From NCBI GenBank assembly GCA_034780895.1, contig JAUZTB010000033.1:36972260-37036259 (forward strand): a DNA stretch of 64,000 nucleotides, written 5' to 3'. How positions within the stretch are numbered: the stretch's first letter is position 1; the number at the start of each line of letters is the position of its first letter. Below, piece by piece: positions 12,200 to 25,692 of this stretch. The notes beneath the pieces were generated by a model. That model saw only the letters and a list, made by a program, of their open reading frames with translations. It did no database searches and was not told where the DNA came from. Source of the DNA: Rhynchobatus australiae. Lineage: Eukaryota. A program made the position numbers and the translations under genes.

Positions 12200-13070
12200 A
12201 CTGCTCCCCTCTCTCTGCACTCATGACTGTGTGGCCAAAAACAGTTCAAACACCATCTCTAAATTTGCCGATAACACTATTGTTATCGGTAGAATCTCAA
12301 TGCAACAAGGAGGCATACAGGAAAGAGACAGATCAGCTGGTTCAGTAGTGTCACAACAACAACCTTGCACTCAATGTCAGCAAGACCAAGGAATTGATTG
12401 TGGATGGGGAAGTCAGGAGAACACACACCAGTCCTCATCAAGGGGTCAGTGCTGGAAAGCGTGAGCAGCTTCAAGTTCCTGGGGGTCAACATCTTGGAGG
12501 ATCTATCCTAGGCCCAACACATTGATGCAAACATAAAGAAGGCACGCCAGTGGTTCTACTTCATTAGGACTTTGAGGAGATTTGATATGTCACCAAAGAC
12601 CCTTGCAAATTTCTACAGATGGAGAGCATTCTGACTGGTTGCATCACAGCCTGCTGTGGAGGCTCCAATACACAGCATCGCAAGAGGCTGCAGAGAGTTG
12701 TAGACTTAGCCAGCTCCATCATGGGCACAACTCTTCCACCAGAGCATATCTTCAAGAGGCAGTGTCTCAAGAAGGCAGCGCCTCAAGAAGGCGGCATCCA
12801 TCACCATCCGCCTATGCCCTCTTCTCATGACTACCAACAGGGAGGAGGTACAGGAGCCTGAAGACCCACACTCAGAAATTTGGGAACAGCTTCTTCCCCT
12901 CCACCATCAGATTTATGAAGGGTCCATGAACACTACTTCATTATTCCTTTTTTTTTGTACTATTTATTTTGTCATTTATGGTAATTTTATGTCTTTACAC
13001 TGTACTGCTGCCACAAAACAACAAATTTCACGACATACAAGCCAGTGACGATAAACCTGACTCAGATTCT
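12200..13070 (+). mobile_element. Rex1/Babar LINE 3' fragment
   Basis: HDCVAKNSSNTISKFADNT (RT KFADD motif), ESILTGCITA and HRKRLQRVV, with tail ataaacctgactcagattctg. Frameshifted. Confidence 0.9.
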
Positions 13071-13139
13071 GGTTGGCTAAACATGGGTGTTATAAATATT
13101 AACAATATTTAACTATGGAAATATTCTAAAAATAGCCAC

Positions 13140-13480
13140 TGAAGTTGACTTGATTATCTATTGCACCCATGGCTGATCTCCCTTGTTCTACTGTCTGTAA
13201 AATTGAGTTCATCCAGAACTCTGCCGCCCACATCCCAACTTCCACCACGTTTCATTGGTCATAATGATGGCTTGCATTCAAACTTGGTTAACCAAAGCTA
13301 TGATCTTAAAACTTTCGTCCTTGTTTTCAAATCCCTTCCTGGTCTCACTGCTCCTTGACTCGTGAACTTAGACAACCTTAGAACCTCTTGAGATGCCTGC
13401 AATCTTCCAATTCCCTGACTTGTAAAGCATTTTGGGACACTGATGCTATATTACAGATGCTATAAATGGATGTTACTGTT
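13140..13480 (+). mobile_element. L2 LINE 3' remnant
   Basis: IQNSAA and LVFKSLPGLTAP motifs, plus tail tgtaaagcattttgggac...gctataaatg. Confidence 0.65.
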
Positions 13481-13578
13481 GTTCCTGTTAAGGTTAGGAA
13501 GTTGGGAAAAAGAAAGCAGGATGGGAATTCTTTTTATAAAAGCTGATCTTTAACTTTCAGTTTCTGCTTTCTCTCTAG

Positions 13579-13677
13579 GTCTATGGAATGATCCTGACTG
13601 CCTTCTTCTGTTTTGCTGTTTGCTTGATCCAGATCTGGAACAAGAAAGGAAAGTACACACTAGCCAAGAATCATTGA
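13579..13677 (+). CDS. TSPAN32: TSPAN32 last coding exon (TM4 end, short cytoplasmic tail, TGA)
   Basis: tttctgctttctctctag|GTC...TGA. Encodes VYGMILTAFFCFAVCLIQIWNKKGKYTLAKNH*. KGKYTL matches recalled human TSPAN32 ...LDRKGKYTL. Confidence 0.9.
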   Translation, partial: VYGMILTAFFCFAVCLIQIWNKKGKYTLAKNH

Positions 13678-14369
13678 ACACTGAGCTCAAATCAGAAACC
13701 AACCTGTGAACGAAGCTTTCTTGATAATTGTAATAACTGTGAAAGATACTGTCTCTCAGGTGCCTTTACCCTTAAGTGTGTTGTTTATTTCATTCTGAGG
13801 CAACATGAATGCCTGCATGCTTACTTCACACTGATTTGTTGCTAGCAAATCCCAAGGGTTTTCCTGCCTCCCTTTTGTACTCTGCCTACAGATTCTACTT
13901 TTAATAGGTGTGTTACTTCATGCACTCGTAACATAAAAGTGGAATGCTGTGATTTAGTAACTTGCATTGTCATTTTAAAGCAAATGGCTTCAAAAACTAA
14001 AATTAAAAAATTACTGCAAAATTCCTGTCCACAAGCCTAGTAGCAATATTAAGTATCAACATATCTTCATTTTAAAGAGCACTTGCTTCAGTAACTACTC
14101 TGTGATGAGGTCAAGCCTGGAATGTTTGATTTTCATAACTGCTGGGATTGTACAGTTGCTGCTTCTTTTAATGGATTCTGAGATTCATCAGGAAAGATGA
14201 TTCATCTAAACAAATCAAGTTCATCTCCACTTTTGATGTTAACCCACCCTGTTTTCAGATTGTCTTCTTCATTCTCACTGTCCTCCCATTACAGTGTCAC
14301 TTTAGTCTTAATCAGATACATAGACCCATCTCATTTAACCTATATATGAGTGGCTGAGAGTCCCAGCAG

Positions 14370-14680
14370 GAAGTGCAGCTGCCTCACAGCTCCAGTCTCC
14401 AACCCTGACCTTGGGTGATGACTGTGTGTACAGTTTGCACATTCTCCTTATGACTGCATATGTTTCACTCAGGTTTCCTCCCACATCCCGAAGTGTGCTG
14501 GTTAGTTACTTGGCTACTCTAAATTACTCCTCATTCAGATGGATGGCAGGGGTCTCAGAGGGTATTTCATGGGTACGTGAGAGAGAATAGAGTACAAAGA
14601 AATAAATAGGGCAATGGGATTGTTAGGAATGTTCTGAGAGCTGACAGATTCAGTGGGTTGAATGGCCTCCTTCTATGTCA
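14370..14680 (+). mobile_element. HE1-type V-SINE, diverged
   Basis: gctgcctcacagctccag, cacattctcc and ggtttcctcccacatcccgaag blocks are shared with 11146-11485. Confidence 0.8.
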
Positions 14681-15094
14681 TAACAAAATACAAATACAAA
14701 TAACATGCTGCCCTTGGATGACATGGGCATCACACCAAGCAGTCATGTTCCTCTTCTCCTAATTGATTGGAGCTCTTATTTCAGACCATTCCCTCCCCCA
14801 CAGTAATCTGCAAATTGACAGTACTCCTGACCTCAGTGTTAAATCCTTCTCATTCCAAAATTAAAATGTTTCACTGTTTGGTACCCACTGGGTGACTCAC
14901 ACACACAGGCAGTGAGATGACATGATTGACAGATGAATAGCCCCAATGTTTAATAAACAATACAACTTCTGTGCAATGCTGCCTCAACTATTGAAAGGAT
15001 GAATTATGCAATGTTTTCAGCGCCTTCAGATGGTCTTTGCTGCAGTGAGAGTCTGTTTGTTACACTTAAATACTTGGTACTAGTATCTTCTATC

Positions 15095-15320
15095 TTGCTG
15101 GCGATGGCTCAGTGGGTCAGTGATCCAGCTGGTGTGGTACTGAGCCACACAGGCCCAGAAACTCCTAGAATTAATTGATGCCTTGTACTGTTAGCTGATT
15201 AGAGCTGGGGACAGCAGCTGTGGTGGTACCGTTGACCACAACTCCCTGGATTTGTGTAGCTAAAATCAGGTGAAGTTCCTAAGTCTAATTGTCATCCAAT
15301 GACACCTGCACCATAATATG
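15095..15320 (+). mobile_element. Old tRNA-headed SINE, family not assigned
   Basis: A-box-like tggctcagtgg, followed by ggtgtggtactgagccacacagg...gttagctgat. Confidence 0.55.
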
Positions 15321-17674
15321 CTTGTAAAAATTCCAGGTGCACGTTGCCTGTGGAAATTTCTATCACCACTGAAAGAGAGATTTCATATCCAAAGGCTACA
15401 ACTTCTTAAATATTTCAGGCCAACTGTGAATGATAATAATTGTGTAATTATACATATCGCCGATTTAAAATGTTACACAGACCATTATTCTCTTGCAATC
15501 AAAGTTGTGGTCAGTAGGAAAGTGGACATTTACATTTACAGAGAACCTTCTAGCTCCCCAAGAAATATGCCTATTGTGTCTGCAGATATAGCAGTCAGGA
15601 TGCACACAAAGTCCCACAAACTGCAGTGAGAAAAACGTAATACACTTCTGCTCATCTTGGTTGAAATGAATGTTAGTCAAGGTACCTCTTAATACGTTCA
15701 TTTCTTTCAGAGGAAAGACATTGATTTAACACTATTCAGAAGTCAGCCCTGAATCCCTCTCAGAACTCAATGGTATGGCAGGCTAGGTTACATATCCACC
15801 TCCAGGGTGCAAACTACAACTTGCAAATTCAGAGACAATCAAGTTACTAGTGAGCTGAGGCTAATGTTAATTAAAGTAGAGTCATGGAAGCCATTTCTTT
15901 AGTGCTCCATAAGCTAAAAGCATAAAAGCTGATGAGATGCAAGGGCCTCCATGGTCTTATTGAATTCAGCACAATATCAACACATTTCCAATCCTGCTTG
16001 AGTAAAATCACGCAGACAGGTAAAATACAAAACCAGTGTTGTACAACCAAGCAAAATCATAAATGGATAGACAAGGCTGCATGGCTTTGGGCATGCTGGA
16101 AGAAGAGAAAGAACAGCATACAGAAAATAAGAAACAACGAAGGAAAGAAAGACCAGTGTAACAAGGCAGGGATCTAAAGCAAAAGCAATCCAAAGGTTCA
16201 ATGACAAAATAAAGATTAAGAATGCAACACCAAATCAGCAGATAAGCTGGGCACAAAATTATGCAGGTAGAAATCCAACATTATGCAGTAGGGAATCAGT
16301 AATACAACATCAGTCTACCAAACATACAGGTATAACATTCTGCAAGTAGTGAGGCTGAATAATGTAGCCAACCAGAGAGCACTAATGTAAAATTAAGCAA
16401 GTAGACAGTCCTTTCATTTCAAATAGAGTTGCACAGATGGCTGAGCACCCCGAGAAACCAATATTGATCTGAATTACATTGGACTGCCAGTCATATACCA
16501 GCTGGGGATTAATTCAAACAATATCATGCACAAGGGCAGAACAGCAACACAGGTGTAAGCATTGTTTTTGGGGAGACACCAGGTGTCAGTCCCTTCATGA
16601 TAACTATTGTTGGGTGGCGCAACGGATAGTGCCATCATTAGCGCTATCAAACAATTTATTTGTGATGGACGTATGTTAGTCTTTAATTTTATACAGATTT
16701 CCCTGGAATGTTTCAGGGTGTATATTTCAAATCATTAGAACTGCGTTGAAATCAGAGTAAAGGAAAGAAATGAAAAGATCTGTTGAAAACATTAAAAGAT
16801 TTAATTCTAGATGTGTTACAATGATTCTCCTTCTGTGTTTACTGACTCCCCGTTCCCTGTTCCGTAGAAATTCTTCTATGCTGAGTACAGACTTCCTCTG
16901 TATTTAGTCTGCAGTTTAATGTAGCCATAGATACCCCATGCATTAGACATCTGGAGCTTGTCTGGTTCTGTGCATGGTTCATTGCAATGGATAGACCAGC
17001 ATTAGGAAGGATATGGGGCAGGGGAAAGAAGGCGACATTGAAATGGCAGTTTTGCGAGGTGTGAATGCAGTGAGGGGAGAGCCAGCTCAGAGGCCCAGTT
17101 CGTTCAACACTAGCTATAAATCCTTTTTCATTCACCAAGTGCTTCTTTGAAGGCACAGATGTCCCAATGGCCAAGAGAGCAAGAATCAGTCTAGATGGGG
17201 CTGAGTGGGTATGGGAATGTGAGTGGAAACATAACATTTATAAAAATATCCAGTGTTGAAATTCTCTCCTGGTTGGAACAAATACATCTGGCAAGAGGTA
17301 TATGATGTGCTTCTTCATACTCTTATTGCAATTTTGAGTTGTGATTCAGGATACAGAGATTCAACACAGCTTCACTATAATTCACACTTGTAACTGACTA
17401 TATGTAAACATTAAGCAGCAATTTAATTTAATTAGGTTGAATACAGAGTACAGACCATAAACTTGAGTAGTGTGTTTGACCAAAACCAACCACATCATGA
17501 GCAGGTTTTGAGATATAACCAGAGGCTATATTTGCTCTTAACCAAATAAGGTGTCTGTGATTAGTGGAAAGGTGCTGAACATCTGCTGAGCTGAGTTTAT
17601 TCCTTCCCTGAGCCATCCTTGATGCAATACCACCAATAAAGGCACCCTGCTAGAAATTGTTTTCCACAGAGGAA

Positions 17675-18350
17675 CACAAGAGGAGCAGGAGCAGGCTGCA
17701 CAGCTTCTTAAGCCTGCTCTTGCTCTTTGGACTCTTTCCAGCCCAATGTCCATAATGTTCAATATCCCTGTAATTCAAAAATTCCATCTTAGACCTAAAT
17801 ATACTTAATAACTCAGTGTTCACAAGTTTCTGAAGCAGGGAATTACAAAGCACAACCAACAGCAGAGATGATAGGTCCATTCCTCTCAATCTTTCCTCAT
17901 AAGACAACCTCCACCCCCATCCCTAATCCCAGGACTCAATTTAGTCAACCTCACCTGCATTGCCTCTAAGGTAGGTTTATCCTTCATTAAGTAATGACAT
18001 CAAAACTGTACACAGTACTGCAAGAGTGGGCTCACTAAAGCACTTAAGGTTTGTTGTAGGATTTCCATATATTTTTACTCCATCCCTCTTGCAATAAAAA
18101 TCAACATTCCATTTATCTCCCTAATTATTTAATTTCTTGCTTTATCCATATGCTAACTCTATCAGCAAATCAGAGGAATTTTCACTCAGACCATTCAGTG
18201 TAGCATACCCACATCATACACCAAGATCTCTCTGAGCACCAATACTTAACTGTCTCACATCATTTAAATAGAAGTCTGAATTTCCGTTTTCCCCACTGAA
18301 ATGGATAACCTCACATTTTCCCTCATAATATTCAATCTGCCATCTCTTTC
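17675..18350 (-). mobile_element. CR1 LINE 3' fragment
   Basis: Minus strand SYEERLR and PLLQYCVQF motifs. CR1 tail at the left end. Confidence 0.75.
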
Positions 18351-20144
18351 ATGGCTGATGACCTTGACATCTTGGTTGGGAGGCAGGAAATCCTATAAAC
18401 CAGGAGCTACAGGAAAACCCTATATCAGGGATGAAGAACAGTGGGGGAAAGCTTCCACAGCAAACAATGCCAAGAAAAATGCTCCAAGTTCCTGGTTCCA
18501 ATGTCCCAAAAGGTTAAAGGACCCTCTAATGTGTTCAAGGTCAATAGATTTGCCGCAAAACCCATCTCACATCTCAAGCCCTACTGCAATTCAAATTTCA
18601 CATCACTACAGCACTCACACACAAAAAACTCATGCAGTTTACAACTATTTAACCATGGAAATCATTTCAAACACACACATTGAAGCATACTCGCAAACAC
18701 CCTTCCCAATATTTTATAGAAGCTTGCTCACAACCACCACCCCTTCCATGACCTGAGGCACAGTTGCTTGGAGGAACAGGTCACGGCAATAATGTCAAAT
18801 CTACACAGAGCCAGTGGGTACCTATTTATTGGAGGTCATTGTAGGTGATGGTCTTACTCCAGTCAGCCCTCTCATTTTCCACCTTTGCCTTATTCCACAA
18901 TCAATTCTGCTCAATAAAATACACCCATCTTACCAGTCCAACCTTCCCTCATGATCATAGCCTTATACATTTTGCATTTCAGATGCACAGGAGGGTTCTG
19001 AGCAGGTAAGAGGAAATAATGTCATTATTGCATCTGTCACTCCCATGCACTCCCTCAGATTTTGGGACTTTGCATTGTGCACACAGTAATCTGGAGCATG
19101 GATCTGCATGTTGTGTATAAAAAGGCATGAATGAACTATAGCAAGCCAGGGGTAAATGATAGCTCACCAATACAGGGAGAGCAAAGTCACACATCAGAGG
19201 AATCAGATCGGGGCTATTATGAAAAAGCCTATAGATGATGGCTTATGAGAATACACATGGGAGATACTTTGGGCATTCTCTGGCCTGCCCAGAAATCCAG
19301 GTGAGATGCCAAGGAGCATGGGGTAAGTTTAACTCCAATATTGCCTGAGTCAATGCACAGAGCTTGGAATCCAAATATTTTAGCATGGAAATGGGAACCA
19401 ACTCCATGTCAATGGTCAGGGACACCAAATGGAGCACCATCTCATGGGAGACAGAAGCCACCAATATATCATTATTGCAGTGGATGCTCACACTCCTGTC
19501 ACNNNNNNNNNNNNNNNNNNNNNNNNNNNNNNNNNNNNNNNNNNNNNNNNNNNNNNNNNNNNNNNNNNNNNNNNNNNNNNNNNNNNNNNNNNNNNNNNNN
19601 NNGTTTCTCATCCATCGACAGAGAAAACAAGCAGGCTGGTGTCTCTCTCTCTCTCTCTCGTTCTTCTTGTGTCTCTCTCTCCTTCAGACTGACTCCGACT
19701 GGTTGTTTCAACAACAATATCATGACGTTCTTATCTTCTTATCACGCCACACACACAATCTCTCACACACACAATCTAAAAGGGACACTCACTAATAGTC
19801 CTAGTCCGTAACAGTAGTTTAAAGCCTGGCCACCTAGACTCAGAGATGCTCGCAGTCACCCATGTGTAACCTCCTCTCCTTCAAGAAAGCAACCATCCAC
19901 AGCATGCTGCTGCCATCATGGAAGGTCTATCTAGCAGTAGTTGGGCAGGCAAAGCCAAGTGGAAGACAAGCACTAATGGACCATGCGATGGTGATTATTC
20001 AGCAATTGTACAGTTTTGGTAATAGTTGTACACAAGTATTGAGCATATTGCATTGTTTAAATCTGACTTACAAAATTTATACAAAAGTGATCAATAATAG
20101 AATGACAACATTGGAAAAATGTATTTCTCTTTTTGCATTATCAC

Positions 20145-21385
20145 ACTTATTGTATTTGGATTTTCAGAAAGCATTCGATAACATACTACACAAGCGATTG
20201 TTAAACAAAATTAGAGCAAATGTAATCGGGAATAGGTACCAGTATAGATTAAGGATCAGTTAAAAAAAACGGAAAACAACGAATAGAAAGAAATGTGTCA
20301 TTTTCACGTTGGGAGGTTGTGATTAGGATTGTTGCAAGGATTGGTACTGCAACCCCAGATTTTCACAATCTAAATTAGTGATTTGGATGAGGGAACCAAG
20401 TATAATATATCTAAATTTGTTGATGACCCAAAGCTGGGTGGTAGAATTGATTGTGAGGAGAATGCAGAGAACCTTAGTAGTGATATAGACATTAAATTAT
20501 AGAGCANNNNNNNNNNNNNNNNNNNNNNNNNNNNNNNNNNNNNNNNNNNNNNNNNNNNNNNNNNNNNNNNNNNNNNNNNNNNNNNNNNNNNNNNNNNNNN
20601 NNNNNNGAGCAAGGACATGGAAAATGCAATTTAATGTGGAAAAATGTGAGAACACCTGCTTTGGTAGAAAAAAATAGAAAGGTGAGAGATTGAAAGTTAT
20701 TGCTGTTCAGAAGGACATGGCTTCCATGTACATGGATCATGAAAGATGGAGTGGAAGTGCAGCAAGCAATAGGCAGGCAAACTACAGTTTGGCCTTTACT
20801 GCAAGGAGATTTGGTTATAAGAATAGGGACATCTTGCTTCAATTATTCTGGGCCCTGCTGAGACAACATCTGGAATACTGTGTACTGCTCTGGGGGGGGG
20901 GGGTCTCCCGATGTAAGGAAGGAAATACTTGTGAGAGAGGGAATACAATGATGATTCATCAGTCTGACTCCTGGGATGGTGGTTTTGTCATAAGAGGAGA
21001 GATTAAACAAGAGAGGTCAACCTCATTGAAAGTTACAGAATTCTTACCAGGGCCTGACTGGGTCGATGCAGGGTTGATGTTTTTCCTGGCTTGGTGTCAG
21101 AACAAGAGGTCACAGTCACAACATAATGGGTTGGCAATTGAGGAGAGAGATAAGAAGATATTTCTTCAGCCAAAGGCTAATTAATCTTTGGAGTTTTCTG
21201 CCAAGGGGGCAGTGCAGGCTCAGTTACTCATTGTGTTCAACCTCATGCTCGATAGATGTTTACTTTTTAAGCAAATTGAGGGATGTATGAGCCGAGTGGG
21301 GGAAAGTGGTGCAAGGGTAGAAGTCACTCTTTATCTTATTGAGGGGACAAACCTACTCCTGCTTCTGTTTCTCATGTTCTTAATG
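20145..21385 (+). mobile_element. CR1 LINE RT/3' fragment spanning a gap
   Basis: YLDFQKAFD, SKFVDDPK, WKMQFNVEKC and HLEYCVLLW motifs. Confidence 0.9.
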
Positions 21386-21667
21386 ATATACAAAGATGTT
21401 GGGTATCACTGGGAAGTCAGCACTGACAGATCATCCACATTTGCAGTGGGAGCCCTCTTCCAGAACTTACAACATTCATGAAATTCCAGCTCCTGGCCTT
21501 GCTTTCCTAACTGTGATCCACACTGAATGTGGTCCTCATTCATATTTTGGTGATTCAGCTTGCATTGCAGGGGAATTGACCTTAACTGTGCACAATCCAT
21601 GTGCACTGTGCAGAGGTGCATTAAAGTTGATGATCCATATTTGCTTTACATGCAATCAGTACTATTA

Positions 21668-22095
21668 CATAGAACATAGAAAAACTACAGCACAATTCAG
21701 GCCCTTCAGCCCACGAAGCTGTGCCAAACATGTCCCTACCCTAGAAATTACTATGCTTACCCATAGCCCTCTATTTTACTTAGCTCCATGTANNNNNNNN
21801 NNNNNNNNNNNNNNNNNNNNNNNNNNNNNNNNNNNNNNNNNNNNNNNNNNNNNNNNNNNNNNNNNNNNNNNNNNNNNNNNNNNNNNNNNNNNCCTACCCT
21901 AGAAATTACTATGCTTACCCATAGCCCTCTATTTTACTTAGCTCCATGTACCTATCTAACGGCCTCTTGAAAGACCCTATCATATCCACCTCCACCACCA
22001 TTTCTGGCAGCCCATTCCACGCACTCACCACTCTGAGTAAAAAACTTTCCCTGGCCATCTCCTCAATATCTACTCCCCAGCACCTTAAACCTATA
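21668..22095 (-). mobile_element. HER1 LINE 3' end
   Basis: catagaacatagaa tail repeats, caggcccttcagcccac, and ccattccacgcactcaccactctg. Confidence 0.85.
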
Positions 22096-22359
22096 ACCTA
22101 TTACATGATGATTGTTTTGCAAACATCCTAATGCATAAATTCAACTACTGCACCGCAGTATTTAATTTCTAAACCAGTGTTCCATATCATTCACTCAGAG
22201 TATACAGAGGGATTTCCAGAATTTTCCAGTGTACAATTCCAGCAATTTTATTTATTGCCACTCTTCATTATTAGTTTTTCAGGAAATTCATTAAAATTCC
22301 AGTGCTGTACATTCTGTAATACTTGTGTAATACTTGTGTAAAGAACATAATAAAAAAAT

Positions 22360-22720
22360 AAGAAATAGAAGCAAGAGTGGACCATTCAGGCATTCATTTC
22401 TGCTTTGTCATTTCATAAGGTTATGGCTGATTCTTTACCTCAATGACACCTTCCTACACTAATCCAATATCCTTTGACATCTAAAAATTTATCAAGCTAA
22501 AAGTCTTATCAGTTTCTTTTTTGAATATACTGAGAGACTGAACCTCCAAAGCCTCTTGATTCACTGCTTTTCATCTATTCCAGAATGCCCAATCCCTTAT
22601 TTTGAAATTGTGGCTCTTAATTCCTGACAACCTAACCCAAAGGAAACATCATCCTTGCATCTACCAGGCCAAGCTCCACAAGAAATTTTGAATATTTCAA
22701 TAAGACTTCATTCAGTTTTC
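22360..22720 (-). mobile_element. CR1 LINE 3' fragment, old
   Basis: aaatagaagcaagagtggaccattcagg...taaggttatggctgat tail. Confidence 0.65.
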
Positions 22721-23629
22721 AAGAATAGATTTCTACAAATACATCATCCACTATCTTAATGACCTCCTTCAAAAAATTCAATAGATTTGTGAAGTACATT
22801 CCATTATGCCTAATATTATCTGGATCTTTGTTGCAGATGCCTTTTCTTTCAGATGTTTATTCATAATACCTTCAATTATTTTTCCCTACTACAACTAGCT
22901 ATCAGCCTTTAATTACCAGGTTCATCCAACAATCATTTTTCTATATCAGAACAAATGATATCCTTGAGTTCGTCAATAACTTCCCAATGTTTATTCAACT
23001 CTGAAAATAGTCATCTACAATTATACTACTTTTGCCTTTTCATTCCCCTAATATTCTCAGGTGAATTACATCTGGAGGAAAGATCATATGAATATTTAAT
23101 TGTTCTGGTTTCTGAATAGTGTATTCTTGGCTTTCCATACTTGTTGTGAATTACTTAGTCCCATTTACTTTGATTAGAACTGATCTGCAGTCATCTTTTA
23201 TAAACTTATGTGCAACACTGATCATAGATTGTGTGGTTAGGAAAGGTGCTTCAAGGTGGAAATCCTATTTTCCTCCACATTGCAGCAGTAGGAGAAAGAC
23301 CAGTTTGTTAAGAAAGATGAGAAACTATCTCATTGTCAGTTATAATAACAGGACAGAATGGGATATTCTTGACTGTGGGGATATAAAAAGGCTGGAGTTA
23401 GAGGATCACTTTCGTCTTGGAGTATTATAGGGTGGTAAAGAGTATATTGACAGTGAGGGTGTCATTGAGGGAGTTGAAGACAAAGATGCCAGTTTTAAAT
23501 TTGAGACCTTCCTTAACAAGGAGCCTATGCAAGTCATCAAGGACTGGGTGATGTTGAACTGTACATGGAGTGCGTTGCATGGTGTACATGGATGCAGGCA
23601 GCAGAATTTTACCTTGCAGGATGATTTTT

Positions 23630-24035
23630 CTTGGTCACTTTATGGGATGTGAGCACATTTATTGCCCATTTGATTGACTTTGAGGAGGTGCATTGCAACC
23701 AGTCTTATGAAGGTATTCTCAGATTACTGTTTAGAAGGAAATTCCAGAATTTAGACCTAGTGACAATGAAGGGACAGCAAAATATTCCCAAGTCAAGCAC
23801 TTCCATGCAGCTGCTGCTCTGGTCCAGTCCTTCTTGGTGGTAGCGGCCATGGGTAAGAGGTATTGCAGGGGTATCCTGCGTGAGTAACTGCAGTGTATCT
23901 TGAGGATGGTGCACATTGCAGCCATGGTGTAACAGCCATGGAGGGAATGAGTGCTTATAGTGGTGGATGGGATGCCAATTAAACACGATGCTTTGTCCTG
24001 GATGGTAAGGAGCTCCTTGTGTGTTGTTCGAGCAC
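23630..24035 (-). mobile_element. CR1/L2-superfamily LINE C-terminus (distinct family)
   Basis: TIQDKASCLIG, HSLH and SKFWNFLLNS motifs in the overlapping minus-strand ORFs. Confidence 0.75.
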
Positions 24036-24239
24036 TGGAATTATCAAACCCAGATTTAAAGGATGGCTTTCTATAACAGAAAAGGTTGGGCTGGCTGGAG
24101 GTGGTCCCATTACAGTGGTAGTTTAGATGATGGCATGAATATGTTGTTAAGCTGAATCTGGGGCCAAGATTATGAACAGTATGATTCAGTTGCAGACAGT
24201 CACAAGGAATGGAGTTGGTGATTTGGAACAACTCCAAAG

Positions 24240-24590
24240 TTAGTTAGATTTCTTCCCCATAGAAGACATGTCCAAAATAGAGGGCATTTCTTTAAGGCAA
24301 GGGGGAGGGGTGGGGGGAAAGAAAAGGTGGAAGGAGGTTTTAAGAGTACCTGAAAAAAAATTAAAAACGTTTTCATTTAGAGGGTGGTTGGAATTTGGAA
24401 ATACACTGTCTGAGGAGATGGTACAGAAAGATGTTCTGACCATATTTAAGAAGTATGTAGGCAAGCACTTCAATTGTCAAGACAGAAGGTGACGTGACTG
24501 GAAAATAGGGTTAATGTAAGGTTGGTTACTTGGTGGTTCACATACACGTGACAAAGACCTGTTTCTGTGCTATACAACTCCATTGCTCTA
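24240..24590 (+). mobile_element. CR1/HER1 3' fragment
   Basis: WNTLSEEMV...FKKYVGKH C-terminus and cctgtttctgtgctatacaactc tail. Confidence 0.75.
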
Positions 24591-24708
24591 TTCGCTAATT
24601 ATTTACCCCACTTATAACTGTGGGGCATTGGTAATGTGAAGAGAAAAAGTAAAGAAAAGAAATCAAACTAACACCAGTCAGTATTTATGCTTCTCATCAA
24701 TATTTTCA

Positions 24709-25065
24709 CTTGCACACATATAACATTGCTTTATTGGCAGTCTTACAATTAATATTCCACTTCTTCTAATCAGTTTCTAATACCTTTCCTGTTGCATTTT
24801 TCTTGTGATAGCAGTTCCCTTCTTTCTTTATTTTGTCTTTAATTTCCACTGCAATATTACTTTAAACACTCACTTGTAGCACCAGGCATCTTCTCTCCAA
24901 TAACCAGGATATCCTCCAGAGAGAACACTTGCCTGAGATCAGTCTTATTGAACTAAAATTCTGCTCAAGCCACTCCTGTTAATACTGGTCTCAATGCAAC
25001 AGGAATTTGAATGCCCCTCTCTCTCCTGGAATCACTCCATCCATTTATTTAATGTGCCAGTTCTA
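24709..25065 (+). repeat. Diverged local duplication, copy 1
   Basis: Colinear blocks shared with 25693-25989: catttttcttgtga, gcaatatta, tgtagcac, ctgagatc, tccatttatttaatg. Confidence 0.8.
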
Positions 25066-25692
25066 ACATATTTAGTGTTTTTCTTTTCTACTTTTGATCC
25101 ACATTTGTCAAATACTTTTCTCCTAAGGCTCATTTTAATATGTCCAGCAAAATATGAAGGCTCTCCTTCCTAACTGTTCAGAGCTACTACTTTTTAATGT
25201 GTTTCCCTTCCTAGAATTTATTTTAACACTAACTCTTCAAATAAAAATATACTGGTCAGGAGAGCAGCTCTGGGACATTGCAAATTCATTCCCCATGGTC
25301 ATTTACATCACTGTACCCCATCTTAAAATGGGATATTAAACATTAATTCTTGGGTTCTTTTTAACGAGATGTTTTTCTCTAATTTGCATGCCTATGTCTT
25401 CCTCCATCTCCTTTTCACTATTCAAAATACTTCCAAAACAATAATTAATATTTCTTTACTCCTTAACTTTAAACAGGAATCTAAACTTTTACACCGCCAC
25501 TACATTGCTGTTTCTTGGTGCTTTAATCATTTCCTACCCTTCCCTCCCTATCCTATCAGTCCTAAACATATTAGATCTTGGAATGGACAAACCCAAACCA
25601 TAGCAGATTAAGAAAATTCCCCGAAATTGCTTATGCTATGCCATTCGGAGCATCTAGTGTGTCTCGCCCCAATTTTATTCATGTTTCCCATA

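Noticed and set aside
15977-16256. Hydrophobic minus-strand ORFs, with GLSFLRC faintly like a DIRS tyrosine recombinase
   Set aside because: Explained by an A-rich plus strand. No further recombinase motifs or convincing splice structure.
18350-19960. Unassigned region with several 120-150 aa ORFs
   Set aside because: The ORFs run through N gaps or low-complexity CT/CA tracts and show no recognisable domain. May be an old transposon, but I cannot support a call.
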